Below are positions 28,597 to 39,611 of a stretch of 64,000 bases of DNA, one piece after another. The DNA lies in the NCBI GenBank assembly GCA_965261585.1, contig CBDHDN010000029.1, forward strand, positions 195,937-259,936, written 5' to 3'. The translations under genes and the position numbers were made by a program. The stretch is from Alphaproteobacteria bacterium. GTDB lineage: Bacteria; Pseudomonadota; Alphaproteobacteria; UBA6615. Within the stretch, counting starts at the first letter, position 1. Every line of letters starts with the position of its first letter. The notes under the pieces are model-generated. The model was not told the DNA's origin. It saw nothing but the letters and a program-made list of their open reading frames with translations, and made no database searches.

Positions 28597-29497
28597 GTGC
28601 CGCCACCTCGCCCGGCACGGGTCTGGCCTACGGCCTGCGGCGGGTCTGCGCCGCCTGGGGCATGGCCCGCTCCTCGTTCTACGCCATGACCTCCGGCCAG
28701 CACGCCGAGCAGCCGCCGGCAAAGCGTCGGGGACCGAAGCCCGCGATCTCGGACCAGGCGCTGCTGGTGGCGATCGAAGCCGACCTGGAGGCATCGCCCT
28801 GGGAGGGCGAGGGCTACCGCAAGGTCTGGGCTCGGCTTCGGGTCTGTCGCGACATCCGGGTTGCCCGCAAGCGGGTGCTCCGCCTGATGCGCGAGAACAA
28901 TCTGCTCTCGCCCCATCGCTGCCGCCGCCGTGGCGGCAATCCCCATGACGGTGAGATCATCACTCATGCCCCGAACCTCATGTGGGGCACCGATGGCGTT
29001 CGGGTGTTCACGGTGGACGACGGCTGGGGCTGGATCTTCACCGCCGTCGAGCATTGGAACGCCGAGTGTGTCGGCGGGCATGTCTGCAAGCGCGGCGACC
29101 GCTTCGCCGCCCTGCAGCCGATCTCCATGGGGCTTGCCGGGCTGTATGGCTGACCGCGGCCGGCGCGGCTCGGGGGCTGGCCTTGCGGATGGATCACGGC
29201 TCCCAGTATCTGTCGGACCACTTCACCAACCAGATCAAGTTCTGGGGCATCCAGCCGTCCTACGCCTTCGTCGCCGAGCCCCAGACCAACGGCGTCGCCG
29301 AGCGGTTCAATCGCACGCTGAAGGAACAGATCATCCATGGTCGCATCTACCGCAACATCGCGGAGCTGCGGGACGCCGTCCGCGACTTCGTCGAACTCTA
29401 CAATGCCCAGTGGATCGTCGAAAAGAACGGCTACCTGAGCCCCGCTCAAGCTCGTCAGGCGTGGCACGCCGCGATCTCAATCAGGCCCGCCGCGTGA
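28593..29497 (+). pseudogene. IS transposase OrfB, frameshifted (copy B)
   Basis: GCTGTATGGCTGACC here versus GCTGTATGGCTCGACC in copies A and C. The 1-bp deletion creates a stop at 29153, and the remainder is read in track ORF 28982-29497. Confidence 0.85.
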
Positions 29498-29824
29498 GAC
29501 AAACTTGTGTCCAAGGAACCGGGTGCGCTACACGAGCAACACAATGGTCGCCAGGTAGGCCTGTTTCATGTCGCCTCCTGCGCTTGACAAGCGCACTACG
29601 TCAACTAATAGCTTCGCTGGCCTGCGTTAACTTTGGCTTAAAAGCGAGGGGCGCCGCGGGCTAGACTAGTGCCCATCCGGAAACGCTAAAACACTGAAAT
29701 AACTGAGTGAATCGTCTATTTTCGGAGCCAGGCTCCGGCGGTTTCGGCTATGCTGTTGGGAACAAGCCACTGTACCCAAAGGCAAACACCAAACCGCCGG
29801 AGGTGACCATGCGCGAAGAGCGCA

Positions 29825-31211
29825 GAGCTATTGTCAAAAGTTGTGTATGGGTTTGTCATGCGGCGGCGCGATCCTGGCGTTCTCCATTCACGAATTTGAC
29901 GCCTCGAATGATCTCGGCGAACTGATCTGATCCATTGAGCCTCCGCCATTTCTTGCTGGCCCCCTGGCAAAGCTTGAAGACCATGGCCATCGCCGTCTTG
30001 CGTGACAGGCAACCCTTGGTCCGATAGGTGCGAAGGCGAACCGTGGCGAAGGTGCTCTCGATGGGGTTCGTCGTCCGCACATGCTTCCAATGCTCGGCGG
30101 GGAAGTCGTAGAAGCTCAGCAAGGCGTCCCGGTCCTTGGCCAGGCAGGCCGTGGCCTTTTCGTACTTCGGTCCGTAGGCTTCCAGGAAGAAGTCGAAGGC
30201 GGTCTCCGCGTCCTTCCTGGTTTCGGCCATCCAGATATCCTGCAAGTGACCCTTGGCCTTGTTCTGCCGACCCTTGGGTAGCTTGTTCAAGATATTGCCC
30301 GTCTTATGCACCCAGCAGCGCTGCTCGCGGGCGGCCCCGTAGACTTGGCGGAGCGCCTTCCAGAAGCCGAGCGCGCCATCGCCGGTCACCAGTTCCGGGC
30401 CGATGCCGAGACCACGCCGCTTGAGATCGAGCAGCACCTCGCGCCAGGATTGTTCGCTCTCGCGGTAGCCGTCGGTGATGGCGATCAACTCCTTGGTTCC
30501 GTGATCCGTGGCGCCGATGATAACCAGGATGCATTGCTTCTCCTCTTCCAGGCGGGCGCCAAAATAGATGCCGTCGACCCAGAAGTAGACGTAGCGCTTG
30601 GCCGATAAATCACGCCGTTGCCAGCGCTCCATCTCGTCTTGCCAAACTTCCTTCAGTCGCCCGATCGTGGAGGCCGACAGACCCGGGGCCTGTGCCCCCA
30701 GCAACGCCGCCAACACTTCCGAGAAATCGCCGCTGGAGATGCCCCTCAAGTATAGCCACGGCAGCAAATCCTCCAGGCTCTTGGTGCGGCGCAGATAGCG
30801 CGGCAGGATCGCCGACGTGAACCGGATGGCGCCGGCACCCTCGCCGGCTCTCCGATCCCGGACACGCGGCTGACGCACGTCCACCGGGCCGATCCCGGTC
30901 TGTATCAGCCGTTCCGGCAAGTGGCCATTGCGTACAATCCGGCGACGGCCCCGGTCATCAACCAGCGTCGCATGACCTTCCAGAAACTCGGCAACTTCAG
31001 CTTCCACGGCTTGAGCCAGCAACTCACGCGCCCCAGCTCGTAGGACTTCCGTCAACGGGTCATCCTGAAAATTCGATGGGTTCCGAAAGGCAACAACGGT
31101 ATTCTCTTCCATGGCGTATCCTTCCTTGGCTTAGGTCAAGTGGTGACTGCAACAATCACCAGGATACGCCGCCCTCTTTCCAACGCCGTACACAAGATTC
31201 AGCTATACCTC
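29825..31211 (-). mobile_element. IS256-family insertion sequence, complete, nested in the IS5-like element
   Basis: Imperfect TIR GAGCTATTGTCAAAAGTTGTGTATGG / GAGGTATAGCTGAATCTTGTGTACGG. 9-bp target duplication AAGAGCGCA at 29816-29824 and 31212-31220. The same end sequence recurs at 63780. Confidence 0.9.
29856..31112 (-). CDS. IS256-family (mutator-type) transposase
   Basis: 418 aa with IS256-type organisation, including ...WVHKTGNILNKLPK... and ...TTNPIESTFATVRLRT... Confidence 0.9.
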   Translation of the reverse strand: MEENTVVAFRNPSNFQDDPLTEVLRAGARELLAQAVEAEVAEFLEGHATLVDDRGRRRIVRNGHLPERLIQTGIGPVDVRQPRVRDRRAGEGAGAIRFTSAILPRYLRRTKSLEDLLPWLYLRGISSGDFSEVLAALLGAQAPGLSASTIGRLKEVWQDEMERWQRRDLSAKRYVYFWVDGIYFGARLEEEKQCILVIIGATDHGTKELIAITDGYRESEQSWREVLLDLKRRGLGIGPELVTGDGALGFWKALRQVYGAAREQRCWVHKTGNILNKLPKGRQNKAKGHLQDIWMAETRKDAETAFDFFLEAYGPKYEKATACLAKDRDALLSFYDFPAEHWKHVRTTNPIESTFATVRLRTYRTKGCLSRKTAMAMVFKLCQGASKKWRRLNGSDQFAEIIRGVKFVNGERQDRAAA

Positions 31212-32086
31212 AAGAGCGCACCGTCCAGGGCAGTATATTCGATCTGTTTTCGCCGCACGAGATCGGTCGTGAACTCGCGGCGATGTCCGCCTGGCTCGAC
31301 GGCGAGGCCGCGGTGGTGCGCCTGGTCGCCGCAGACCTCGGCATCGGTCGGGTCAGGCAGACCAGGCGCCACGGGCTGAGCGCCGATGCGGCGTTGCGCT
31401 GCGCGCTGCTCAAGCAGTACTTCCAGCTGAGCTACGAGGAGCTGGCCTTTCTGCTGTCGGATTCGGCATCGCTGCGCGCGTTCGCTCGACTGCCGTTCGG
31501 CTGGTCGCCGAAGAAGTCGGCGCTGCACAGCGCCATCGGCGCCATCGCCGCCGCCACCTTCGAGTGCCTCAACCACAAGCTCGTCAGTCTGTTCGAGCCC
31601 CATAGCGACATCATCGTCAAGAGCCGTCGCCAGGTCTCCTACGGCCACAAGCTCAACCTGGCCAGCGGCGCCAGCGGTCTCATCCTCGACATCGTCGTCG
31701 AGCAGGGCAACCCGGCCGATGCCGAGCGCTTCGTACCCATGGTCGACCGCCAGATCGCGATCTACGGCCGGCCGCCCAGGCAACTCGCCGCCGACGGCGG
31801 CTTCGCCAGCACCGGCAACCTCGCCGCCGCCAAGAACAAGGGCGTCGAGGACGTCGCCTTCCACAAGAAATGCGGCCTTGCCATCACCGACATGGTCAAG
31901 AGCCGCTGGGTCTACCGCCGACTGCGCAACTTCCGCGCCGGCATCGAGGCCGCCATCTCATGCCTCAAGCGCGCCTACGGTCTGGGCCGCTGCACCTGGA
32001 AGGGGCTCGAACACTTCAAGTCCTACGTCTGGGCCGCCGTCGTCGCCCACAACCTCGCCGTGCTGGCCCGCCTCAAACCGGCATAG
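31212..32086 (+). pseudogene. IS5-like DDE transposase, split after codon 5 by IS256
   Basis: The first codons ATG CGC GAA GAG CGC A start at 29809, behind GGAGG. The frame resumes after the duplication as TVQGSIFDLF... It has a DUF772-type N-terminal region and an IS5-type C-terminal region (YGHKLNL..., ADGGFAS..., NFRAGIEAAISCLKRAYGLGRC). Confidence 0.75.
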
Positions 32087-32281
32087 CCGCCAACCCGACA
32101 CGTCCGATCCACCAGCACCGACGGCCGCCGATCCCGCCGGCCTGCCTCGATCACGCGCCGCTCGTCACCGGCACCCCGTCACTGGACTCTGGAACGCATC
32201 TACAGCCCCCGTACCCACAAAACACGTCGCTCAAACGCGCAGCCTTACACTAAATCTAGTCGTTTATGGATGGGCACTAGA

Positions 32282-33175
32282 CTAGAGCTCGCGAACCAGT
32301 TGGATGATGGCCGAGAAATCCAGGCCGCCCTTGCCGGAGCCCGCGAATTGCTCATAGAGAGCCGCCGCGGCGGTGCCCAGCCGGGTCTCGATACCCTCGG
32401 ATTCGGCCGCTGCCTGGGCCAGTTTCAAATCCTTGAGCATCATCTCGACCGTAAAGCCGGCCCGATAGTCGCGATTGGCCGGCGATTCCGGCACCGGACC
32501 CGGCACCGGGCAGTACTTGGTGAGCGACCAGCACTGTCCCGAGGAGTTGCTCGACACCTCGAACAGCTTGTCCGCCTCCAGGCCCAGCCTCTCGGCCAGA
32601 ACGAAGGCTTCGACGACCGAGATCATCTGGATGCCGAGCATCAAGTTGTTGCAGATCTTGGCCGCCTGACCGCTGCCGGCCCCGCCGGTATGGACGATCG
32701 TCTTGCCCATGCAGTTAAGGATGGGCTCGGCCCGGACGAAGGCACTGACCGCGCCGCCGACCATGAACGTCAGCGTCGCCGCTTCCGCGCCGGCGACCCC
32801 GCCCGATACCGGTGCGTCGACCATCTCGAAGTCCTTGGCGGTCGCGGCCGCGCTGATGTCGCGCGCCACCGTGACGTCGATCGTCGATGCGTCGATAAGC
32901 AAAGTGCCCGGTTGCGCCAGCGCCAGAACGCCGTTGCTGGGCCGCTCGCCGCCCTCGTAGACCAGCTGGGCGTGCGGTCCCGCTGGCAGCACGGTCATCA
33001 CGACATCGACGCCATCCACCGCCTCTGCAATCGACTGGGCGAGCGTTACGCCCTCGGCCGCTTCGGTGCGGTCGGGTATCAGATCGAGCCCTTTCACCTC
33101 GTGCCCGCTTTCGGCGAGGTTGGCGGCCATGGGTGCACCCATCTTGCCCATGCCGATGAAGCCGATCCGTGCCAT
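32282..33175 (-). CDS. mmsB: 3-hydroxyisobutyrate dehydrogenase
   Basis: 297 aa. GFIGMGKMG NAD-binding motif, 6-phosphogluconate-DH-like fold pattern, and position next to a hydroxyisobutyryl-CoA hydrolase. Confidence 0.85.
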   Translation of the reverse strand: MARIGFIGMGKMGAPMAANLAESGHEVKGLDLIPDRTEAAEGVTLAQSIAEAVDGVDVVMTVLPAGPHAQLVYEGGERPSNGVLALAQPGTLLIDASTIDVTVARDISAAATAKDFEMVDAPVSGGVAGAEAATLTFMVGGAVSAFVRAEPILNCMGKTIVHTGGAGSGQAAKICNNLMLGIQMISVVEAFVLAERLGLEADKLFEVSSNSSGQCWSLTKYCPVPGPVPESPANRDYRAGFTVEMMLKDLKLAQAAAESEGIETRLGTAAAALYEQFAGSGKGGLDFSAIIQLVREL

Positions 33176-33212
33176 CTCCGGTCCACCCCTGTCGGCGCCA
33201 GCCGCGCCGCTC

Positions 33213-34259
33213 CTAGTTGAACGTCAGATCATCGATCCGAGAAGTAAAGTAACCTTCCACATCCGCGTCAGAAACGTCTTCCAGCCGAGCCGGCCGCCAT
33301 CGCGGCGCCTGGTCCTTGTCGACAATCACGGCCCGGACCCCTTCGAAGAAATCGTGGCCGGCCATGAAGGCTTGGCTCAGGCGGTATTCCATGATCATCG
33401 CCGCGTCGAAGTCCATGCCTAGGCCGAGCCGCAGCTGGCGGAACGATACCTTCATGCTGGTCGGCGAATTGCGACGCATCACGTCGGCTGTCCGCCGGCT
33501 CCAGTCGCTGCCCTCGAGCTCGAGGCGAGCAAGAATATCCCCGACCGAGTCGGCGGAGAAGCAGCGATCGATGGCCTGTCGATGCGCCGCCAGAGGCGGT
33601 GTCCCAAGCGGCTTCGCCAAGGCATCGAGCACAGCGCCGACCCGCCCGGCATCGGCATCGGCAAGCACGTCGACCAGCGCCGGCTGCTCTGCGGCCGGCA
33701 GGTAGTGCGTGCCGACGCCGGCGTACAGGCAGTCGGCGGCCTTCAGGCGGGCACCGGTCAGCGCCAGATACATGCCGATCTGGCCCGGGCACCGAGACAG
33801 GAAATAGCTGCCGCCGACATCGGGGAAAAAGCCGATGCTGGCCTCTGGCATGGCGAACAGCGTCCGCTCCGTCACGACGCGCTGCGCGCCGTGCACCGAG
33901 AGGCCGACGCCACCGCCCATCGTCACGCCGTCCATGAGTGCCACGTAGGGCTTGGGATAGCGGAAGATCGCCCGATTGACGGGATATTCGGTGCGGTACA
34001 TGTCGCGCCGCAGGCCGTCGGCCGCCGCCCGGTCGTCGTAGAGGCTGCGGATATCCCCGCCGGCGCAGAAGGCACGCTCGCCGGCGCCCTGGATCAACAC
34101 CACGCCGATAGAATCGTCTTTGGCCCAGACTTGCAGCCGGTCCCCCACGGCACGCAGCATGCCGACCGTCAGCGCGTTGAGCGCCCGGGGTCGGTTGAGG
34201 GTGATCAGTCCCAGCCCCCCGGTACGGGAGAACAGGACCTCCGGCCCGGTCCCGCTCAT
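33213..34259 (-). CDS. 3-hydroxyisobutyryl-CoA hydrolase (enoyl-CoA hydratase/isomerase family)
   Basis: Crotonase-fold motifs (FCAGGDI, MDGVTMGGGVGLS). Start at ATG 34259 overlaps the upstream stop (ATGA). The long N-terminal extension of the track ORF is rejected. Confidence 0.8.
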   Translation of the reverse strand: MSGTGPEVLFSRTGGLGLITLNRPRALNALTVGMLRAVGDRLQVWAKDDSIGVVLIQGAGERAFCAGGDIRSLYDDRAAADGLRRDMYRTEYPVNRAIFRYPKPYVALMDGVTMGGGVGLSVHGAQRVVTERTLFAMPEASIGFFPDVGGSYFLSRCPGQIGMYLALTGARLKAADCLYAGVGTHYLPAAEQPALVDVLADADAGRVGAVLDALAKPLGTPPLAAHRQAIDRCFSADSVGDILARLELEGSDWSRRTADVMRRNSPTSMKVSFRQLRLGLGMDFDAAMIMEYRLSQAFMAGHDFFEGVRAVIVDKDQAPRWRPARLEDVSDADVEGYFTSRIDDLTFN

Positions 34260-35446
34260 GCCTCGGACAACAGATCGCGGGCGATGATCAGGCGCATTAC
34301 CTCGTTCGTGCCCTCGAGGATCTGATGGACGCGCAGATCGCGGACGTAGCGCTCGATCTGGTAGTCGCGCAGGTAGCCATAGCCGCCGTGCAGCTGCAGC
34401 GCCTGGTTGGCGACATCGAAGCCCACGTCGGTCGCGAGCCGCTTCGCCATCGCGGCCGCAGCACCCGCGGCGGGATCGCCGTTGTCCAACAGCCAGGCGC
34501 CACGCTGCACAAGCAATCGTGCCGCCGTCAACTCGCTGGCCATGTCGGCGAGACGAAACTGAACCGCCTGGAAGGACGCCAGCGGCTTGCCGAACTGCCG
34601 GCGCGTCAAGACGTACGCGCGCGCCGCGTCGAGGCAGGCGCGCGCGCCGCCCAGCGAGCACGCGCCGATGTTCAGCCGGCCGCCGTCCAGCCCCATCATG
34701 GCGATCTTAAAACCGTCGCCCTCGTCGCCCAATCGATTGGCCACCGGGACCCTGCAGTCTGCGAAAACGACGGCCGTCGTCGGCTGGCTGTGCCAGCCCA
34801 TTTTCTTCTCGCGGCCGCCGAACGTGATGCCCGGCGTGTCCTTCTCGACAAGCACGCAGGAAATGCCGGCCGGCCCTGCTTCCCCGGTGCGAACCATGCA
34901 GAGGTAGACATCCGCGGCCGATCGCCCGGAGATGAAGGCCTTCTCGCCGTTCAGCACGTAATCGGCGCCGTCACGCTCGGCGCGCGTCCTGAGCGACGCC
35001 GCGTCGGAGCCGGCGCCGGGCTCGGTCAGGCAATAGCTCGCAAACAGGTCCATGGCGGTGAGCCCGCGCAACCATTTCGCCCGTTGCTTCGCGGTACCGA
35101 AGCGGTCGACCATCCAGGCGCACATGTTCTGGATCGAAAGGTAGGCAGCCGTCGAAGGACACGCCGCAGCGAGCTCTTCGAACACGATGACAGCCTCGAC
35201 CCGACCCAGGTTCGCGCCGCCATGGCCCTCGCGGCAATAGATACCCGCAAGGCCCTGGGCAGCGGCCCGACGCAGCATATCGACGGGAAAAACCTCGTCC
35301 TCGTCCCAGCCGGCGGCGAACGGCGCCATCTCGGCTGCGGCAAAGCTGCGCGCCATGTCCTGGATGGCGCGCTGCTCTTCGCTCAGCTGAAAGTCCACGG
35401 CCGGCACTCCCGAGTCGGGAACGTGCCGGATATTAGCCGGTGCCAT
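34256..35446 (-). CDS. Acyl-CoA dehydrogenase (isobutyryl-CoA dehydrogenase-like)
   Basis: 396 aa, ACAD pattern throughout (...YCLTEPGAGSDA..., ...QLHGGYGY...). Operon context with the hydrolase and mmsB suggests valine catabolism. The true start may lie a few codons downstream. Confidence 0.85.
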   Translation of the reverse strand: MAPANIRHVPDSGVPAVDFQLSEEQRAIQDMARSFAAAEMAPFAAGWDEDEVFPVDMLRRAAAQGLAGIYCREGHGGANLGRVEAVIVFEELAAACPSTAAYLSIQNMCAWMVDRFGTAKQRAKWLRGLTAMDLFASYCLTEPGAGSDAASLRTRAERDGADYVLNGEKAFISGRSAADVYLCMVRTGEAGPAGISCVLVEKDTPGITFGGREKKMGWHSQPTTAVVFADCRVPVANRLGDEGDGFKIAMMGLDGGRLNIGACSLGGARACLDAARAYVLTRRQFGKPLASFQAVQFRLADMASELTAARLLVQRGAWLLDNGDPAAGAAAAMAKRLATDVGFDVANQALQLHGGYGYLRDYQIERYVRDLRVHQILEGTNEVMRLIIARDLLSEA

Positions 35447-35590
35447 CCGCTCATCAAGGGGCTAGCGCCGACCGGCTTGACTAACGTCGTCGGCCGAGGA
35501 ATTTGCTTACCGGCCGTCGCGCCCGCGAGCTATGCTCGCCGACGCTTGACCATGCGGCGCCCTCCATCACCCAGGGAGTTAGAACGACCA

Positions 35591-36884
<1,294 letters not shown>

Positions 36885-36903
36885 GCACGCAAATAGGCTC
36901 TCC

Positions 36904-37920
36904 ATGAGCGACGGTCCAGTGACGCCAACCGGCGCGTTTCCGCAGCGGCGCATGCGCCGTCCGCGCCGGTTCGCCTGGTCGCGCCGCCTGGTCCGCGAGC
37001 ATGCGCTCTCCACCGACGATCTGATTTGGCCGGTCTTCGTCCACGAGGGCCCGAAGGCGACGGTGCCGGTGCCGGCCATGCCGGGCGTCGTGCGCTACGC
37101 GCTGGAAGCCGTCGCCGACGCCGTCGGTGAGGCCAAGGCACTCGGCATTCCCGCGGTGGCGATCTTCCCGGTCGTGCCCGCGGCGAAGAAGACACCGACC
37201 TGCGAGGAGGCATGGAACCCCGACAACCTGGCCTGTCGGGCGGTGCGTGCGATCAAGGATGCGCATCCCGACATCGGCGTCGTCTGCGACGTCGCCCTCG
37301 ACCCCTTCAACGCCGACGGCCATGACGGCCTGGTCCGCGACGGCCAAGTCGTCAACGATGCCACGGTCGAGGCGCTGTGCCGCCAGGCGCTGGTCGAGGC
37401 GGCGGCCGGCTGCGACGTTATCGCCCCGTCGGACATGATGGATGGACGCATCGGCGCGATTCGCCGGGCGCTGGACGATGGCGGCTTCGACCACGTGATG
37501 CTCATGGCCTATGCCGCAAAATACGCATCCGCCTTCTATGGCCCGTTCCGCGAGGCCGTCGACAGCGCCGGTTCGCTGAAGGCCGCCGGCAAGGAGACCT
37601 ACCAGCTCGACCCGGCCAACGGCGACGAGGCGATGCGCGAGGTCGCCCTCGACATCGCCGAGGGCGCCGACATGGTCATGGTCAAGCCGGGCCTGCCCTA
37701 CCTCGACATCGTGCAGCGCGTGAAGCAGCGGTTCGGCGTGCCGACCTACGCCTACAACGTCAGCGGCGAGTACGCGATGCTGCAGTTCGCAGCCAAAGCC
37801 GGCGCGCTCGACCTGGACAAGGCCATGATGGAGACGCTGGTCGCCTTCAAGCGCGCCGGCGCGGACGGCATCTTGACCTATTTCGCCCGCGCGGCGGCCC
37901 GCAGACTCAAGGCCGGCTGA
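36904..37920 (+). CDS. hemB: Porphobilinogen synthase (delta-aminolevulinate dehydratase)
   Basis: 338 aa. Conserved DVALDPF..GHDG, SDMMDGR and MVKPG.PYLD regions. Start taken at MSDGPV. Confidence 0.92.
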   Translation: MSDGPVTPTGAFPQRRMRRPRRFAWSRRLVREHALSTDDLIWPVFVHEGPKATVPVPAMPGVVRYALEAVADAVGEAKALGIPAVAIFPVVPAAKKTPTCEEAWNPDNLACRAVRAIKDAHPDIGVVCDVALDPFNADGHDGLVRDGQVVNDATVEALCRQALVEAAAGCDVIAPSDMMDGRIGAIRRALDDGGFDHVMLMAYAAKYASAFYGPFREAVDSAGSLKAAGKETYQLDPANGDEAMREVALDIAEGADMVMVKPGLPYLDIVQRVKQRFGVPTYAYNVSGEYAMLQFAAKAGALDLDKAMMETLVAFKRAGADGILTYFARAAARRLKAG

Positions 37921-37933
37921 CCGTCCGCGAACG

Positions 37934-38494
37934 GTGCCGAGCCCGCCCGCGCCGCTGATCGCCCGCTACGCACCGAAGGCGCTGTTGCAGCGCCTGTCGC
38001 TGATTTTCGTGCTCGTCGTGCTCGCCTTGGCGGCACCGCTGCTGGGCGCGACGCCGGTGTGGGCACTGGCACGGTTCTACGGCATCGTCGCCCTGATCCT
38101 GCTGGCGCTGGCGCTTGTCGTCGCCAAACGCTTCAAAGACACGACACCGCAGGTCGCAATAGACGAGAGCGGCCTTTACGTACGGGCGTGGCATCTGGGG
38201 ATCGTCCCGTGGGGCAACATTTCGTTGGTGGTTCACTCCCACGCCCTCAAGGGCCGCTCACGCGCGCTGCGCCTGCGTCGACGGCTCGGCGATCACCTGA
38301 TCGTCCGCTTTCGCACCTTCCCCGTATTCCAACCGAGCCTGCCGCCCCCGCTCGGCTGGCTGCAGCGTTTCTGGCATGCCCTTGGCAACAGCGACCCGGC
38401 GATCGGCGGCTCCGGGCTGGATACGAACGTGCACGACCTCATGGCGGCGATCCACGCGCACATGGACTGGCACGCGCGCACCACGGCGGCCTAA
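37934..38494 (+). CDS. Membrane protein, function unknown
   Basis: 186-aa ORF with two N-terminal hydrophobic helices followed by a soluble domain. No family recognised. Confidence 0.5.
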   Translation: MPSPPAPLIARYAPKALLQRLSLIFVLVVLALAAPLLGATPVWALARFYGIVALILLALALVVAKRFKDTTPQVAIDESGLYVRAWHLGIVPWGNISLVVHSHALKGRSRALRLRRRLGDHLIVRFRTFPVFQPSLPPPLGWLQRFWHALGNSDPAIGGSGLDTNVHDLMAAIHAHMDWHARTTAA

Positions 38495-38614
38495 CACCTA
38501 GCCGCCCGCGATTGGGTTCCGCGTCGAGCTACGATGATCGGGCGACACAATCCGTTCATCATCGGCGCGCGCCTGCAGTGCAGGGACCCCCGCGTTGGGC
38601 CGACGACCGCCCTA

Positions 38615-39460
38615 TCAAGTCAGGCTGGCCACGGCGTCGCGCATGACCTGCTTGTCGGCGCTGACGCCGGTCCATAGCCGGATGCAGATGGCGCAGACGT
38701 TGACCAGCATCCCCAGTCCATCCAGAACCACGCAGCCCTTCGATCGGGCCGTTCTGATCAGATGCGTCTCCGGTGGATTGTGGATACCGTCGGCGACGAG
38801 CATGTGCTCATTGAGCGTCGAGAAATCGATGGCGAGTTCGGCGTCGACACCGGGGTACAGACCGACGGACGTGGCATTGATGACCAAGTCGGCCGACCCG
38901 GGCAGGCTGTACCGACCGATCCAAGGCGCATATTCCGCGTTGGTCGGCGTGCTGGCGTTGAGCAGTTCAACCAGTCCGCGCCCTCGGTCGGGCGAGCGGT
39001 TGACAATGAGGAAGTCAGAGACGCCGGCAAGGGCGAGTTCGACAGCGACGGCTCTTGCGGCGCCGCCGGCTCCGAACATCACCGCCCTCTTGCCCGCCAG
39101 GCTCGCCTTGGCCGAGATCGATTCAACAAAGCCGCGACCGTCGGTGTTCCCGCCGATGAACTTGTCGCCGTTGCGGACCATGGTGTTCACGGCGTCGATG
39201 ATTTCGGCCGATTTGCCGAGCGAGTCGATGTGTTCGATGACCGCTACCTTGTGGGGAATCGAGCAGTTGAACCCGGCCCATCCCATGGCGCGGGCGCCAT
39301 TGACGGCATCGCCGAGGTTCTCGGGCGAGACCTCGCAGTTAAGATATCGCCAATCCAGGCCGTGATGGCGAAACGCGGCTTCCATGATGGCCACCGTCGG
39401 GTTCTCCGCCGCCGGCATCGCGAAGGAACCGACCAGCTCGCTAAGGAAGTTCTGGCTCAT
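38615..39460 (-). CDS. Shikimate/quinate 5-dehydrogenase family protein
   Basis: NCSIPHK, GGNTDG and GAGGAARAV motifs. Start at ATG 39460, preceded by GGAGGG. The track extension to 39565 is rejected. Confidence 0.85.
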   Translation of the reverse strand: MSQNFLSELVGSFAMPAAENPTVAIMEAAFRHHGLDWRYLNCEVSPENLGDAVNGARAMGWAGFNCSIPHKVAVIEHIDSLGKSAEIIDAVNTMVRNGDKFIGGNTDGRGFVESISAKASLAGKRAVMFGAGGAARAVAVELALAGVSDFLIVNRSPDRGRGLVELLNASTPTNAEYAPWIGRYSLPGSADLVINATSVGLYPGVDAELAIDFSTLNEHMLVADGIHNPPETHLIRTARSKGCVVLDGLGMLVNVCAICIRLWTGVSADKQVMRDAVASLT

Positions 39461-39611
39461 TGTTCTGACCCTCCAATCATCGGGACGAGGCGATGGACGC
39501 GGAATCGGGGTTTTGGCATGTGGGCTCTCGAGATCGCTGTTCTTGCGACCGTGGATACCCACCACCCGGTACTAGCCGCCTGACGTTCATCTGAGCCGAT
39601 GCAGTGGCCTG

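Larger units (their letters stand above)
28120..29532 (+). mobile_element. IS3/IS481-superfamily IS, copy B (1413 bp)
   Basis: Same ends as copy A (starts TGAGTCGG). 14-bp direct repeat CGAGCAACACAATG at 28106-28119 and 29533-29546. One base shorter than copies A and C. Confidence 0.9.
29661..32285 (+). mobile_element. IS5-like element (about 1.23 kb without its IS256 passenger)
   Basis: Termini are CTAGACTAGTGCCCATCC... and ...GGATGGGCACTAGACTAG. A single transposase gene is interrupted by IS256. The right-hand CTAG overlaps the mmsB stop codon. Confidence 0.75.

Noticed and set aside
33213-34661. 482-aa version of the hydroxyisobutyryl-CoA hydrolase ORF
   Set aside because: The first 134 codons are Arg-rich low-complexity sequence overlapping the upstream acyl-CoA dehydrogenase gene. 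The ATG at 34259 gives a normal-length crotonase-fold protein with an ATGA overlap.
34325-35590. First ~420 codons of the 860-aa plus-strand ORF 34325-36907
   Set aside because: It is antisense to the acyl-CoA dehydrogenase gene. The real metY-like gene starts at 35591 behind an RBS.
35447-35590. Possible SAM-type riboswitch in the 144-nt leader of the metY-like gene
   Set aside because: I could not match the leader to the SAM-II or SAM-V core from memory. Only weak GCTT/AGCT similarity was seen. A covariance-model scan (Rfam) would be needed.
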